Below, one piece after another: positions 9,696 through 18,353 of a stretch of DNA of 64,000 nt. The position numbers and the translations under genes are program-made. Positions within the stretch are counted from its first letter, which is position 1, and the number at the start of each line of letters is the position of its first letter. Origin of the DNA: Treponemataceae bacterium. Its GTDB lineage: Bacteria > Spirochaetota > Spirochaetia > Treponematales > Rectinemataceae. The stretch covers positions 608,001 through 672,000 of the forward strand of contig CAXXHO010000003.1 in the NCBI GenBank assembly GCA_963667725.2. The letters run 5' to 3'. The notes beneath the pieces were generated by a model. That model saw only the letters and a program-made list of their open reading frames with translations. It made no database searches and was not told the origin of the DNA.

Positions 9696-10754
9696 TTGGA
9701 TGATGCGCCGAAAAACGCTAGATCCTTAAGAGTATTGATTCTTTATTCCCGTTCTTCCAATCCCACAGTGGCCATGGCCGATGATCGGCGCTTCGGCCGG
9801 TTCGCCTCGATCCTTGCCGACGGCGGATTCACCGCCAGGCTGGCATCCCCCGACTCCATCGCTATGCTTGACGCCCTCATCGCCGAATTCGGCCCCGACC
9901 TTGTTTTCAGCGCTCCCGATCATTTGCCCGAGTCCTCCCCGATGCCCGCCGGCGTCACCTTCCCGGCGAACGCCAGGATAAACGTGCACGGATGGCTGGA
10001 GGGAAGGGGAATCCCCTATGTGGGCTCTCCTCCCGATATCATCGAGCTCGCTCTTTCCAAGACGGCGCTCAAGGAAAAGTGGGTAAAGAACGGGATTTCC
10101 ACGCCCGAGTTCCTTTCCTTGAATTCGGGTTCCGATCTTTCCGCCGTGGACAGATCCTCGATTCCCCCCTTTCCCTGCATCGTGAAGCCGTCGGACGCGG
10201 GCAATTCCCGCGGCATCACGAAGGATTCTGTCGTTTTCGACATGAAAGGCTTGGCCTCCCTCGTCGCCAGCCTGGGCAGGGATTTCAGGCATATCCTCAT
10301 TGAGCATTACCTGGGGCTCTACCCCGATTTCCGCGAAATCACCTGCGCCTGCATAGGCAACGGCGAGGAGAGGCTTCTCCTGCCCGTGGAAATTGTCTTT
10401 ATCAACCCCCCCGGCATTCATGTGGTCACGACAGAGGACAAGGACGGCAGCAGGACGGAAGCCCGGCCGATAGCTGACGGCTCCTTGCGCGAGGCGGCCC
10501 AAGCCTTCGCGGCCGCGGCTTTTTCTTCGGCGGGCGATATCAGGGATTATTCCCGCTGCGACATGATTTTCGCCGGCGGGAAATTCTGGGCCATCGAAAT
10601 AAACGGCCAGCCCATGATTCCCGACGCGTGGTTCGAAGCCTGCGCGCGGCAGGCTCATCTCTCGGAGAAGCAATATATCCTGGCTATCATCGAGGCTGCC
10701 CTCAGCCGTTCGATCCGGGCTTATCAGCCTTTGAGGAGGCGATACGATGTTTAA
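9696..10754 (+). CDS. ATP-grasp ligase, D-Ala-D-Ala ligase-like
   Basis: GIPYVGS, IVKPSDAGNSRGI, LIEHYL, SRCD and EINGQP ATP-grasp motifs; TTG start after AGGAGG. Confidence 0.8.
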   Translation: MDDAPKNARSLRVLILYSRSSNPTVAMADDRRFGRFASILADGGFTARLASPDSIAMLDALIAEFGPDLVFSAPDHLPESSPMPAGVTFPANARINVHGWLEGRGIPYVGSPPDIIELALSKTALKEKWVKNGISTPEFLSLNSGSDLSAVDRSSIPPFPCIVKPSDAGNSRGITKDSVVFDMKGLASLVASLGRDFRHILIEHYLGLYPDFREITCACIGNGEERLLLPVEIVFINPPGIHVVTTEDKDGSRTEARPIADGSLREAAQAFAAAAFSSAGDIRDYSRCDMIFAGGKFWAIEINGQPMIPDAWFEACARQAHLSEKQYILAIIEAALSRSIRAYQPLRRRYDV

Positions 10755-12636
10755 AATTTCCAGCCATGACGTTTTCGGCCTCATTCATCCTTCCATAGAC
10801 GTGCATACCCTCGGGATGCTTTCCTTCTCCCAGGTTCTGGAGGACTGCGGCATAGAATCCTGCATCGCCGACGCCGACGTAGGCGGCGATATCGAGTCCC
10901 TTTCCAGGCATGAGGGCGGCACCGTGCTTCGCGCCTGGCTTCGCAACAGGAGGATTTCGGTGCTCGGCTTCAGCTACAGGCTGGACCCTGCCGATGCCCT
11001 CCATCTTTTCGAAGTCCTGTATGAATTCCTCCACCGCGAGAAGATGCTTCTTTCGGACGGCGGTCCTGTCAGAGGGCTGTTTTTCGCCGGGCTTCCGGAG
11101 GCCTGCGAGGCGGTTCTCGCCAGGCACCACGATCTGACGGGCGTCTTCCGGGGCGATGAAGCGCCCCACGAGACCATGCGTATTCTCGGCATCGATGAGG
11201 ACATGATGCCTCAAACCCTCTCCGAAGGGCTTAAGTACGATGCCGCGAGGATGGCCTTCGGCGAGTCTCTCGTGAAGGAAGGCAGCTACAACGCGGTGAA
11301 GCCCGTCAACAGATCAGACTCTCCGGGATTCGGCTCATGGGGCGACAGGCTGACGGCGAGGATTGCCCACGGTACGGCACGAAAGCTTCCGCCCCTCATG
11401 CGCGTCCATGCCGGCCCCTACCTGCCCGACAGGAAGGAAGCGGTCAGGCTTTTTACCGAGTGGGTGAAGCGGCTGGCCTCGGGCGGCTATCTGGATATTC
11501 TCTCGATAGGCACTTCCCAGCTCAGCCAATCCAATTTCGGGGAAGACTGGGAAGGCAAGATCAATGGCGGCGGCGTTCCCATCGCCAGCGCCGCCGAGTT
11601 CGCGGCCGTATGGAAGGTGGCGCGCCCCATGCTGGTGCGTACCTACGCGGGCACCAAGGATGTGCCTGCCCTCGCCAGGATGTACGAGGAAACGATCGAT
11701 ATTGCCTGGCACGCGCTTTCCCTGTGGTGGTTCTGCAAGCTGGACGGAAGAGGCCCCAATTCGGTGCTCGATAACCTGGGCGAGCATTTTCAGGCCATGC
11801 GCTATATAGCCTCGACGGGCAAACCGCTCGAGATGAACGTGCCGCATCACTTCGCTTTCAGGGGCACCGACGACCTTGGCTATATCGTATCGGGCTATAT
11901 CGCGGCCAAGGCCGCCAAGCTTCAGGGCATACAGAATCTCGTGCTGCAGATAATGTTCAATACGCCTAAATACCTCTGGGGCATCCAGGACCTCGCCAAG
12001 GCCAGGGTTCTTCTCAGGCTGGTAAAGGGGCTCGAGGACGGGAATTTTAGGGTCTTCCTCCAGCCGCGGGGGGGCTTGGATTATTTCTCGCCCGAACCCG
12101 AGCGGGCCAAGGCCCAGCTGGCCGCGGTGACCGCCATGATGGACGACATCGAGCCTTACGACGAGACCAGCCCTCAGATCATCCATGTGGTGAGCTATTC
12201 TGAAGCCTATAAGCTGGCCGATCCGCCTGTCATCGAGGAGAGCATCAGGATAACGCGCCATGCGCTGCGGGAGTACCGGCGCCTCAGGCGCGAAGGCGGC
12301 GTGGACGACATGGCGTCGAGCGCCGAGGTGGCCGCGCGAGAGAAGATTCTCCTGGACGATGCCTTGCGGATGATACGGGCCGCGGAAAGGCTCATTCCCG
12401 ACACCTATTCTCCTTATGGGCTCTACACGATGCTTTCTTCAGGTTTCTTCGCCCTTCCGTGGCTGACTTCCTGCCGCGAGGAATTCCCGGCCGCGAATAT
12501 TGGAACCCGACTCTTGAACGGGGGAATGCATGCCGTCGACGTGGAAGGATCGCCTCTTTCCGTGGAAGCGAGGATCGAGATGGCGAGAACCCATCTGGCA
12601 AAAACCAGCGGCGGAGGAGATCGTTATGGCGCCTGA
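10747..12636 (+). CDS. Cobalamin-binding protein (N-terminal DxHxxG B12 domain plus large uncharacterised C-terminal domain)
   Basis: SIDVHTLG (DxHxxG), GFSYRL (SxL-type) and FFAG, typical of base-off/His-on B12 domains; 629 aa; no radical-SAM CxxxCxxC. Confidence 0.75.
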   Translation: MFKISSHDVFGLIHPSIDVHTLGMLSFSQVLEDCGIESCIADADVGGDIESLSRHEGGTVLRAWLRNRRISVLGFSYRLDPADALHLFEVLYEFLHREKMLLSDGGPVRGLFFAGLPEACEAVLARHHDLTGVFRGDEAPHETMRILGIDEDMMPQTLSEGLKYDAARMAFGESLVKEGSYNAVKPVNRSDSPGFGSWGDRLTARIAHGTARKLPPLMRVHAGPYLPDRKEAVRLFTEWVKRLASGGYLDILSIGTSQLSQSNFGEDWEGKINGGGVPIASAAEFAAVWKVARPMLVRTYAGTKDVPALARMYEETIDIAWHALSLWWFCKLDGRGPNSVLDNLGEHFQAMRYIASTGKPLEMNVPHHFAFRGTDDLGYIVSGYIAAKAAKLQGIQNLVLQIMFNTPKYLWGIQDLAKARVLLRLVKGLEDGNFRVFLQPRGGLDYFSPEPERAKAQLAAVTAMMDDIEPYDETSPQIIHVVSYSEAYKLADPPVIEESIRITRHALREYRRLRREGGVDDMASSAEVAAREKILLDDALRMIRAAERLIPDTYSPYGLYTMLSSGFFALPWLTSCREEFPAANIGTRLLNGGMHAVDVEGSPLSVEARIEMARTHLAKTSGGGDRYGA

Positions 12637-13777
12637 CAAAAGCTGGCAGCAAGTCTGCGATATCCTGAAGGATGTGAAGGCTAAGGGGAAAAAAGCCCTC
12701 TGGTGCGTGGTGGGCGCCGGCAACGGAGGAATTTCCATGGCCGGCCATCTGGGATTCATGGGCTTCCAGGTCCGTCTTTACAACAGGACGGACGAGCACC
12801 TCAACGCCGTGCGCTGGTATGGAGGCATAGAGCTCGAAGGCGCGGTGGAGGGATTCGGTCCAGTCAGTCTGGCCACCTCATCCATCCAGGCCGCGGTCGA
12901 GGGTGCCGACGTCGTAATGATCGTCACGCCTTCCACGGCCCATTATTCCCTGGCCGCTGCCATGGCTCCCTTCCTCCATGACGGGCAGGTTGTCGTCCTG
13001 AATCCCGGTAGGACGGGAGGGGCCCTGGAATTCCGCGCCGTGCTGAAGCAGTCGGAATCGCGTGCCAGGCCGATCATCGTGGAGGCGCAGACCTTCATCT
13101 ATGCATCGCGGGCCGTCAGCCGCCACAAAGGCCACATCTATAAGATCAAGAACGGCGTCCCCGCGAGCGCCCTGCCTTCGCACATGACGCCCGACGCTCT
13201 CGCCGTGCTGAATCAAGCCTTTCCCGAGTTCACCGCCGGATCCAACGTGCTGGCGACGAGTCTCGAGAATATAGGCGCTGTCTTCCATCCCGCCCTCACC
13301 CTGCTCAACGCGGGCTGGATAGAATCGACTGAGGGGAATTTCGAGTATTACATTCAGGGCATGTCGCCCGCGGTCGCGAAGGTTCTCGAGAAGATTGACG
13401 ACGAAAGGCTGGCGGTGGCGAGAGCCCTGGGCATACGCACCGTCTCGGCCAGGGAATGGCTTTACCTCACCTATGACTCGTCGGGCGACACCCTCTGCGC
13501 GGCGATAAAGGCCACCACGGGCTATTTCGGGATAAAGGCGCCGCCTACGATCAACCATCGCTATATATGGGAAGACGTGCCCATGAGCCTCGTGCCGATG
13601 TCATCCATAGGAGCGATGCTCGGGATACCGACACCCACCATAGACATGATCATCACGCTGGCCGAGCTGATGAACGGCAGCGACTACAGGGCCGTCGGAA
13701 GGACGGTCGAAACGCTGGGCATCAAGGGAATGAGCGTCGAGCAGATACACCGACTCGTCACCGAAGGCGACGAGTGA
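12626..13777 (+). CDS. NAD/NADP opine (octopine/nopaline) dehydrogenase family protein
   Basis: VVGAGNGG Rossmann motif, LNPGRTGGA, FHPALTLLN and HRYIWEDVPMSLVP; ATG 12626 follows GGAGGAG. Confidence 0.88.
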   Translation: MAPDKSWQQVCDILKDVKAKGKKALWCVVGAGNGGISMAGHLGFMGFQVRLYNRTDEHLNAVRWYGGIELEGAVEGFGPVSLATSSIQAAVEGADVVMIVTPSTAHYSLAAAMAPFLHDGQVVVLNPGRTGGALEFRAVLKQSESRARPIIVEAQTFIYASRAVSRHKGHIYKIKNGVPASALPSHMTPDALAVLNQAFPEFTAGSNVLATSLENIGAVFHPALTLLNAGWIESTEGNFEYYIQGMSPAVAKVLEKIDDERLAVARALGIRTVSAREWLYLTYDSSGDTLCAAIKATTGYFGIKAPPTINHRYIWEDVPMSLVPMSSIGAMLGIPTPTIDMIITLAELMNGSDYRAVGRTVETLGIKGMSVEQIHRLVTEGDE

Positions 13778-13787
13778 GGAGGAGCCT

Positions 13788-14480
13788 ATGAATTTTACCG
13801 ATATTTCCAATTCCATCGCATCGTTTTTCAATACGCTGCCGCCCATAGCCGGCGCCTTTCTGACCTTTCTCTTGGGCTGGCTCGTCGCCCGATTCGCCCG
13901 CTTCTTCACGCCTAAACTGATGACGCTCCTGCGCTTCGACCGCTTCAGCGAAAAGACGGGGATCAACGGTTTCCTGAAAAAGGGGAATGTCCACTATACG
14001 CCGTCGAAGCTGCTGGGGATTCTCGTCTATTGGTTTTTGATGATCCTGACGCTTTCGAACACGGTGGCGAGACTCGACAAGGGGGCGGCTTCGTCCATAC
14101 AGGTATGGATCAGCTCTGCCCTGCCCATACTGATAGCCACGGGCATAATCGTGGTGATAGGCATGGTCGTCGTCACCTTCCTGTCGAATTTCTTCATCAC
14201 GATAGCCAAGAACGGCGCCGTCCACAATCCCGTCCTGATAGGCAAGGCGATCAAGTATATAGGATTCATCGTCGTGGCGACGATGGCCCTCGACCAGCTC
14301 GGCTTCGGTCAGACCATCGTGAGCACCATCTTCATACTCCTGTTCGCCGCGATAGCTCTCGGCCTGGCCCTTGCCTTCGGCCTTGGCTGCAAGGACATGG
14401 CGAGAAAACTGATGGAAGACTTCATAAGAAATATCCAGGAGAAGGAGAGGATCAAGCACGGCACGGATCTGGAAGGCTAG
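13788..14480 (+). CDS. Membrane protein with TM-helix repeats (mechanosensitive-channel/CmpX-like)
   Basis: Five to six TM segments and ALAFGLGCKD motif; strong RBS GAGGAGGAG. Confidence 0.7.
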   Translation: MNFTDISNSIASFFNTLPPIAGAFLTFLLGWLVARFARFFTPKLMTLLRFDRFSEKTGINGFLKKGNVHYTPSKLLGILVYWFLMILTLSNTVARLDKGAASSIQVWISSALPILIATGIIVVIGMVVVTFLSNFFITIAKNGAVHNPVLIGKAIKYIGFIVVATMALDQLGFGQTIVSTIFILLFAAIALGLALAFGLGCKDMARKLMEDFIRNIQEKERIKHGTDLEG

Positions 14481-15175
14481 GCTCTCGCTTCGGCGATGAG
14501 GGCCTTGGCCAGCAAGGTCATGGGATCGACGAGGGGGACCTTGAGAAGTTCCTGCGAGAGGACGAGGGGCACTTCGGTGCAGCCGGCCACGATGGCGTCG
14601 GCGCCTGCCCGCACGAGCTTTTCGGCCGCCTGGATGAGAAGGGAGCGCGGATAGTCTCCCCTGTTTCCCGCTTTTATGCCGTTTTTCCCGTAAATGGCTT
14701 CCATGACGAGATTGGTCTGGGCTTCGTCGTCGGGCCATAGGATCGAATACTCGGCAAGGGAAGTCTCATAGAGCCTGGCGGCCTTCGATCCCGCCGTAGC
14801 GAGGATTCCCAGCCTGCGCGCCTCGGGGTAACTGGCCCGCATCGCCGCGGCCGTGGTCTCGAGGGCCGAGATGAATCGGAGACCTGAGAGCTGCCTCAAT
14901 CGCGGAAGGAAGTTGTGCGCCGTCATGCAGGTTATGCCGACGATGTCGGCTCCGGCCGCCTCGAGCCTCCTGAGCGAAGCGAGCATGGCGGGGACGGGAT
15001 CGGGACCCTTGCCCAGTATGTTCGCCGTTCTGTCGGGGATGGAAGGATCGCATTCGATGATGATATGCGCGTGATCCTGATCCCTCTCGGCCTTGTCGAA
15101 AGAGAGCAGTTTTACGAAAAAGTCCGATGTGGCTTCGGGGCCCATGCCGCCGAGAATCCCGATGGTTTTCATCAT
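14477..15175 (-). CDS. Aspartate/glutamate (amino-acid) racemase, PLP-independent
   Basis: IGILGGMGPEAT, IPDRT, TCMTAH and GCTEVP two-Cys motifs; start at 15175 or 15172 after AAGGAAGG. Confidence 0.9.
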   Translation of the reverse strand: MMKTIGILGGMGPEATSDFFVKLLSFDKAERDQDHAHIIIECDPSIPDRTANILGKGPDPVPAMLASLRRLEAAGADIVGITCMTAHNFLPRLRQLSGLRFISALETTAAAMRASYPEARRLGILATAGSKAARLYETSLAEYSILWPDDEAQTNLVMEAIYGKNGIKAGNRGDYPRSLLIQAAEKLVRAGADAIVAGCTEVPLVLSQELLKVPLVDPMTLLAKALIAEARA

Positions 15176-15365
15176 TCCTTCCTTATTTTGCTCAATGAAA
15201 ATGATTTTCATGCCCGCGCGTTCCCGAAGTGTACAGCATTCGCTGGCTCATGGGCAATAAATAATATTTGCGTTATTCGGCTTTTCAGTTTACCATTCAC
15301 TTTGGCGTTCGTCCCCGTTTCGCCGTCGGGCGAGCGCCTGTTCTAAACAACCAAGGAGGATTTTC

Positions 15366-16676
15366 ATGGCAGAAAAGAAGGAAAAGAAGGGCATTTTCGA
15401 TTGGTATTTCAAGACCAATCTTCTCGCCCGCATTCTTGTTGGCCTCATACTTGGTGCCGTCGTGGGCATCGTCCTGGGATTTTTCCCCGATTCGGTAAAG
15501 CCCTTTGTCGATAATTCGAAATTCTTCGGCGACCTCTTCATCCGACTGCTGAAGATGATCGTGGTGCCAGTCATCCTCTTCTCCCTGATCGCGGGAGCGG
15601 CAAGCATCGATCCCGGCCGCCTCGGCCGCGTCGGCGTCAAGATCATGGCCTATTATCTGTTCACGAGCGCCCTCGCTGTCGCCATCGGCCTGGTATTTGC
15701 CAATATCCTCCAGCCCGGAGCCGGCTTCAATATCGTCGGAGCGGCCGGAGTCCAGGGAAAGGCGGCCGCCTCGCTGCCGATCTCGCAGATACTCCTCAAT
15801 ATCGTCCCGACCAACCCCATCGATTCCCTCGCCAAGGGTGACGTTCTCCCGATCATCTTCTTCGCCGTGGTCTTCGGGATCGCCCTCTCCTATATCAAGG
15901 GCGCCGAGAACAAGAGCCTGGCCAAGGCGGGCGCGACCCTCCTGGACGTGGTGAACGCAGCCGCCGAAACCATGTATAAAGTGGTTTCCGGCATCATGCA
16001 GTACGCGCCGATCGGCGTATTCGTCCTCATCGCCCAGGTGTTCGCCCAGCAGGGACCCAAGGCCATCGGACCCCTTCTCATCGTCACCCTGACCGTTTAC
16101 ATCGGACTTCTCGTTCACCTCGTGGGCGTCTACGGCGGATTCCTGTCCATCTACAAGCTGGGCTTTCTCAAATTCCTCAAGGGAGCCAATGAGGCGATGA
16201 TTACGGCCTTTGTTACCCGATCCTCGGGCGGAACCCTTCCCATCACGATGCGCTGCGCGGAAGAAAAATTGGGCATCAACCGTTCGATCTGTTCCTTCAC
16301 CCTGCCCCTGGGCGCCACGATCAATATGGATGGAACGGCGATTTATCTGGGCGTCTGCGCCATCTTCATCGGCAACGCCATCGGTCAGCCGCTTACCATG
16401 AGCCAACAGGGCATGGTCGTACTGACCGCGACCCTCGCTTCCATCGGCACGGCGGGCGTACCGGGCGCCGGAGCCATCATGCTCCTCATGGTCCTTGAAT
16501 CGATCGGCCTGAAGGTCACCGAAGGCTCGGCGGTAGCCGCGGCTTATGCGATGATCCTCGGCATCGATGCCCTCCTCGACATGGGACGCACGAGCCTCAA
16601 CGTCACGGGCGACATCGCGGGTTCAGCCATTGTGGCCAAGACTGAAAAAGAACTGGACATGACAAACTGGAAATAA
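15366..16676 (+). CDS. Dicarboxylate/amino acid:cation symporter (DAACS, GltP/GltPh-like)
   Basis: [34 protein letters not shown] and [12 protein letters not shown] motifs. Confidence 0.93.
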   Translation: MAEKKEKKGIFDWYFKTNLLARILVGLILGAVVGIVLGFFPDSVKPFVDNSKFFGDLFIRLLKMIVVPVILFSLIAGAASIDPGRLGRVGVKIMAYYLFTSALAVAIGLVFANILQPGAGFNIVGAAGVQGKAAASLPISQILLNIVPTNPIDSLAKGDVLPIIFFAVVFGIALSYIKGAENKSLAKAGATLLDVVNAAAETMYKVVSGIMQYAPIGVFVLIAQVFAQQGPKAIGPLLIVTLTVYIGLLVHLVGVYGGFLSIYKLGFLKFLKGANEAMITAFVTRSSGGTLPITMRCAEEKLGINRSICSFTLPLGATINMDGTAIYLGVCAIFIGNAIGQPLTMSQQGMVVLTATLASIGTAGVPGAGAIMLLMVLESIGLKVTEGSAVAAAYAMILGIDALLDMGRTSLNVTGDIAGSAIVAKTEKELDMTNWK

Positions 16677-16703
16677 GGGCCAGTCCCTGTTCCCATGATT
16701 GCC

Positions 16704-16748
16704 GGCCGGGCCGCCTCCGCGAGAGGTTGCCTGGCCTTTTTATTATTT
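16704..16748 (+). terminator. Intrinsic terminator after the DAACS gene
   Basis: GC-rich stem GGCCGGGC.GCCTC / GAGGT.GCCTGGCC followed by TTTTTATTATTT. Confidence 0.7.
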
Positions 16749-16749
16749 C

Positions 16750-16829
16750 TGCATATATTATGCAAAAAATATGCATAATATGACGAAAACCCCTTGATTT
16801 ATTCTAAATATATGCATAATATGCTTTTC
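16750..16829 (+). promoter_or_regulatory. argG promoter (TTGATT-17-TAATAT) with ARG-box-like TGCAT/ATGCA repeats
   Basis: -35 at 16794-16799 and -10 at 16817-16822; palindrome TGCATATATTATGCA at 16750-16764 and further ATGCA half-sites. Confidence 0.6.
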
Positions 16830-16901
16830 ATGATGTTTAGATTCGAGTATTCTTCCTTTCTTCCTCAAACCCGCCTCGAGGCCCGCCTCCGTCGTCGCTG
16901 A
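16830..16901 (+). CDS. Putative leader peptide MMFRFEYSSFLPQTRLEARLRRR (23 aa)
   Basis: Open frame starting 7 nt after the predicted -10 and ending CGC CTC CGT CGT CGC TGA, 67 nt before argG. Confidence 0.55.
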   Translation: MMFRFEYSSFLPQTRLEARLRRR

Positions 16902-16968
16902 GCATTCATTTGGCCGACAGGGCGTTCAGCCGGAAAATCACTAGAAAATGTATTGCAAGGAGTAAGCC

Positions 16969-18246
16969 ATGAAAAAGAAAATCGTGCTCGCATATTCGGG
17001 CGGCCTCGACACTACCGTCATCGTTCCCTGGCTCAAGGAAAATTATGACTGCGACGTGGTCGCCGCCTGCGGGGATGTAGGACAGGAAGCCGACTGGGCG
17101 ACCATGGAAAAACGCGCCCTCGCTTCCGGCGCGATCAAGTTCATCAAGCTGGACCAGAAAGACGAATTCGTGAAAGACTACCTCTGGGCTCTCGTGAAGT
17201 CGGGAAGTCCCTACGAGAAGAAATATCTGCTTGGCACCTCGGCGGCGCGGCCCCTCCTCGCCAAGGGTCTAGCGCAGATCGCCATCGCCGAGAAAGCCGA
17301 CGCGATCGCCCATGGCTGCACGGGCAAGGGCAACGACCAGGTCCGCTTCGAGCTGGGCATTAAGGCTTTCGCGCCTGAGATGGAAGTGATAGCTCCCTGG
17401 AGAATATGGGACATCCAGAGCAGGGAAGAGGAGATCGAATACCTCGAGAAGCGGAATATCCCCGTGCCCATGAAGAAGTCCGACTCCTATTCCCGCGACG
17501 ACAATGTCTGGCACATCAGCCATGAGGGCCTCGATCTCGAGAATCCGGCCAACGAACCCAAGTTCGAAGGCATGCTTAAAATGTGCGTTCCCCCCGAACA
17601 GGCGCCCGACAAGGCCGAATACGTGACCATAGGCTTCGAGAAGGGCGTGCCAGTCTCGGTGAACGGCGAGAAGCTCGATCCCCTCTCCATCGTCAAGAAA
17701 CTCAACGTCATCGGCGGCAAGAACGGCGTGGGCGTCATCGATATGGTGGAAAACCGCGTGGTGGGCATGAAGTCCCGCGGCGTCTACGAGACCCCGGGCG
17801 GCACCATCATCATGGAAGCCCACGACAAGCTCGAACAGCTCTGCCTCGATAAGAAAACGCTCTCCTTCAAGCTCACGGTGGCCCAGCGCTTCGCCGAGAT
17901 ACTCTACGAAGGCGAGTGGTTCTCGCCCCTCTGCGCGGCTCTCAACGCCTTCATCGATTCAACCCAGGAAGTGGTGACGGGCAGCGTGACCGTAAAGCTC
18001 TACAAGGGTTCCATACTTTCGGCCGGCGCGACCTCGCCCTATTCGCTCTACGACGCGAGCCTCGCGAGCTTCACGACGGGACCGCTCTTCTCCCACAAGG
18101 ATTCCAGCGGCTTCATCAACCTCTTCGGCCTGCCCACCAAGGTGAGGGCGCGGCTCAACGCGCGCATCGCCGCCCACGGCACGGCTTCCGGCCCCGATGT
18201 GGTGAAACCGGGCTGTTCGGGCTATACTGCTCCAGCGGGCGACTGA
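16969..18246 (+). CDS. argG: Argininosuccinate synthase
   Basis: LAYSGGLDT, HGCTGKGNDQVRFE and ENRVVGMKSRGVYETPG motifs. Confidence 0.97.
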   Translation: MKKKIVLAYSGGLDTTVIVPWLKENYDCDVVAACGDVGQEADWATMEKRALASGAIKFIKLDQKDEFVKDYLWALVKSGSPYEKKYLLGTSAARPLLAKGLAQIAIAEKADAIAHGCTGKGNDQVRFELGIKAFAPEMEVIAPWRIWDIQSREEEIEYLEKRNIPVPMKKSDSYSRDDNVWHISHEGLDLENPANEPKFEGMLKMCVPPEQAPDKAEYVTIGFEKGVPVSVNGEKLDPLSIVKKLNVIGGKNGVGVIDMVENRVVGMKSRGVYETPGGTIIMEAHDKLEQLCLDKKTLSFKLTVAQRFAEILYEGEWFSPLCAALNAFIDSTQEVVTGSVTVKLYKGSILSAGATSPYSLYDASLASFTTGPLFSHKDSSGFINLFGLPTKVRARLNARIAAHGTASGPDVVKPGCSGYTAPAGD

Positions 18247-18306
18247 TGTGACGATAAGCGCCGAACGTCGACGCGCCAAGGGCGCGGGAGGTTTGGCAAG
18301 GGTGAT

Positions 18307-18336
18307 AGGGGAGGCGCCGCGCCTCCCCTCATTTTT
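18307..18336 (+). terminator. Terminator-like hairpin between argG and argH
   Basis: AGGGGAGGCG-ccg-CGCCTCCCCT followed by CATTTTT. Confidence 0.6.
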
Positions 18337-18353
18337 ATAAGGATGGTGCTGAA

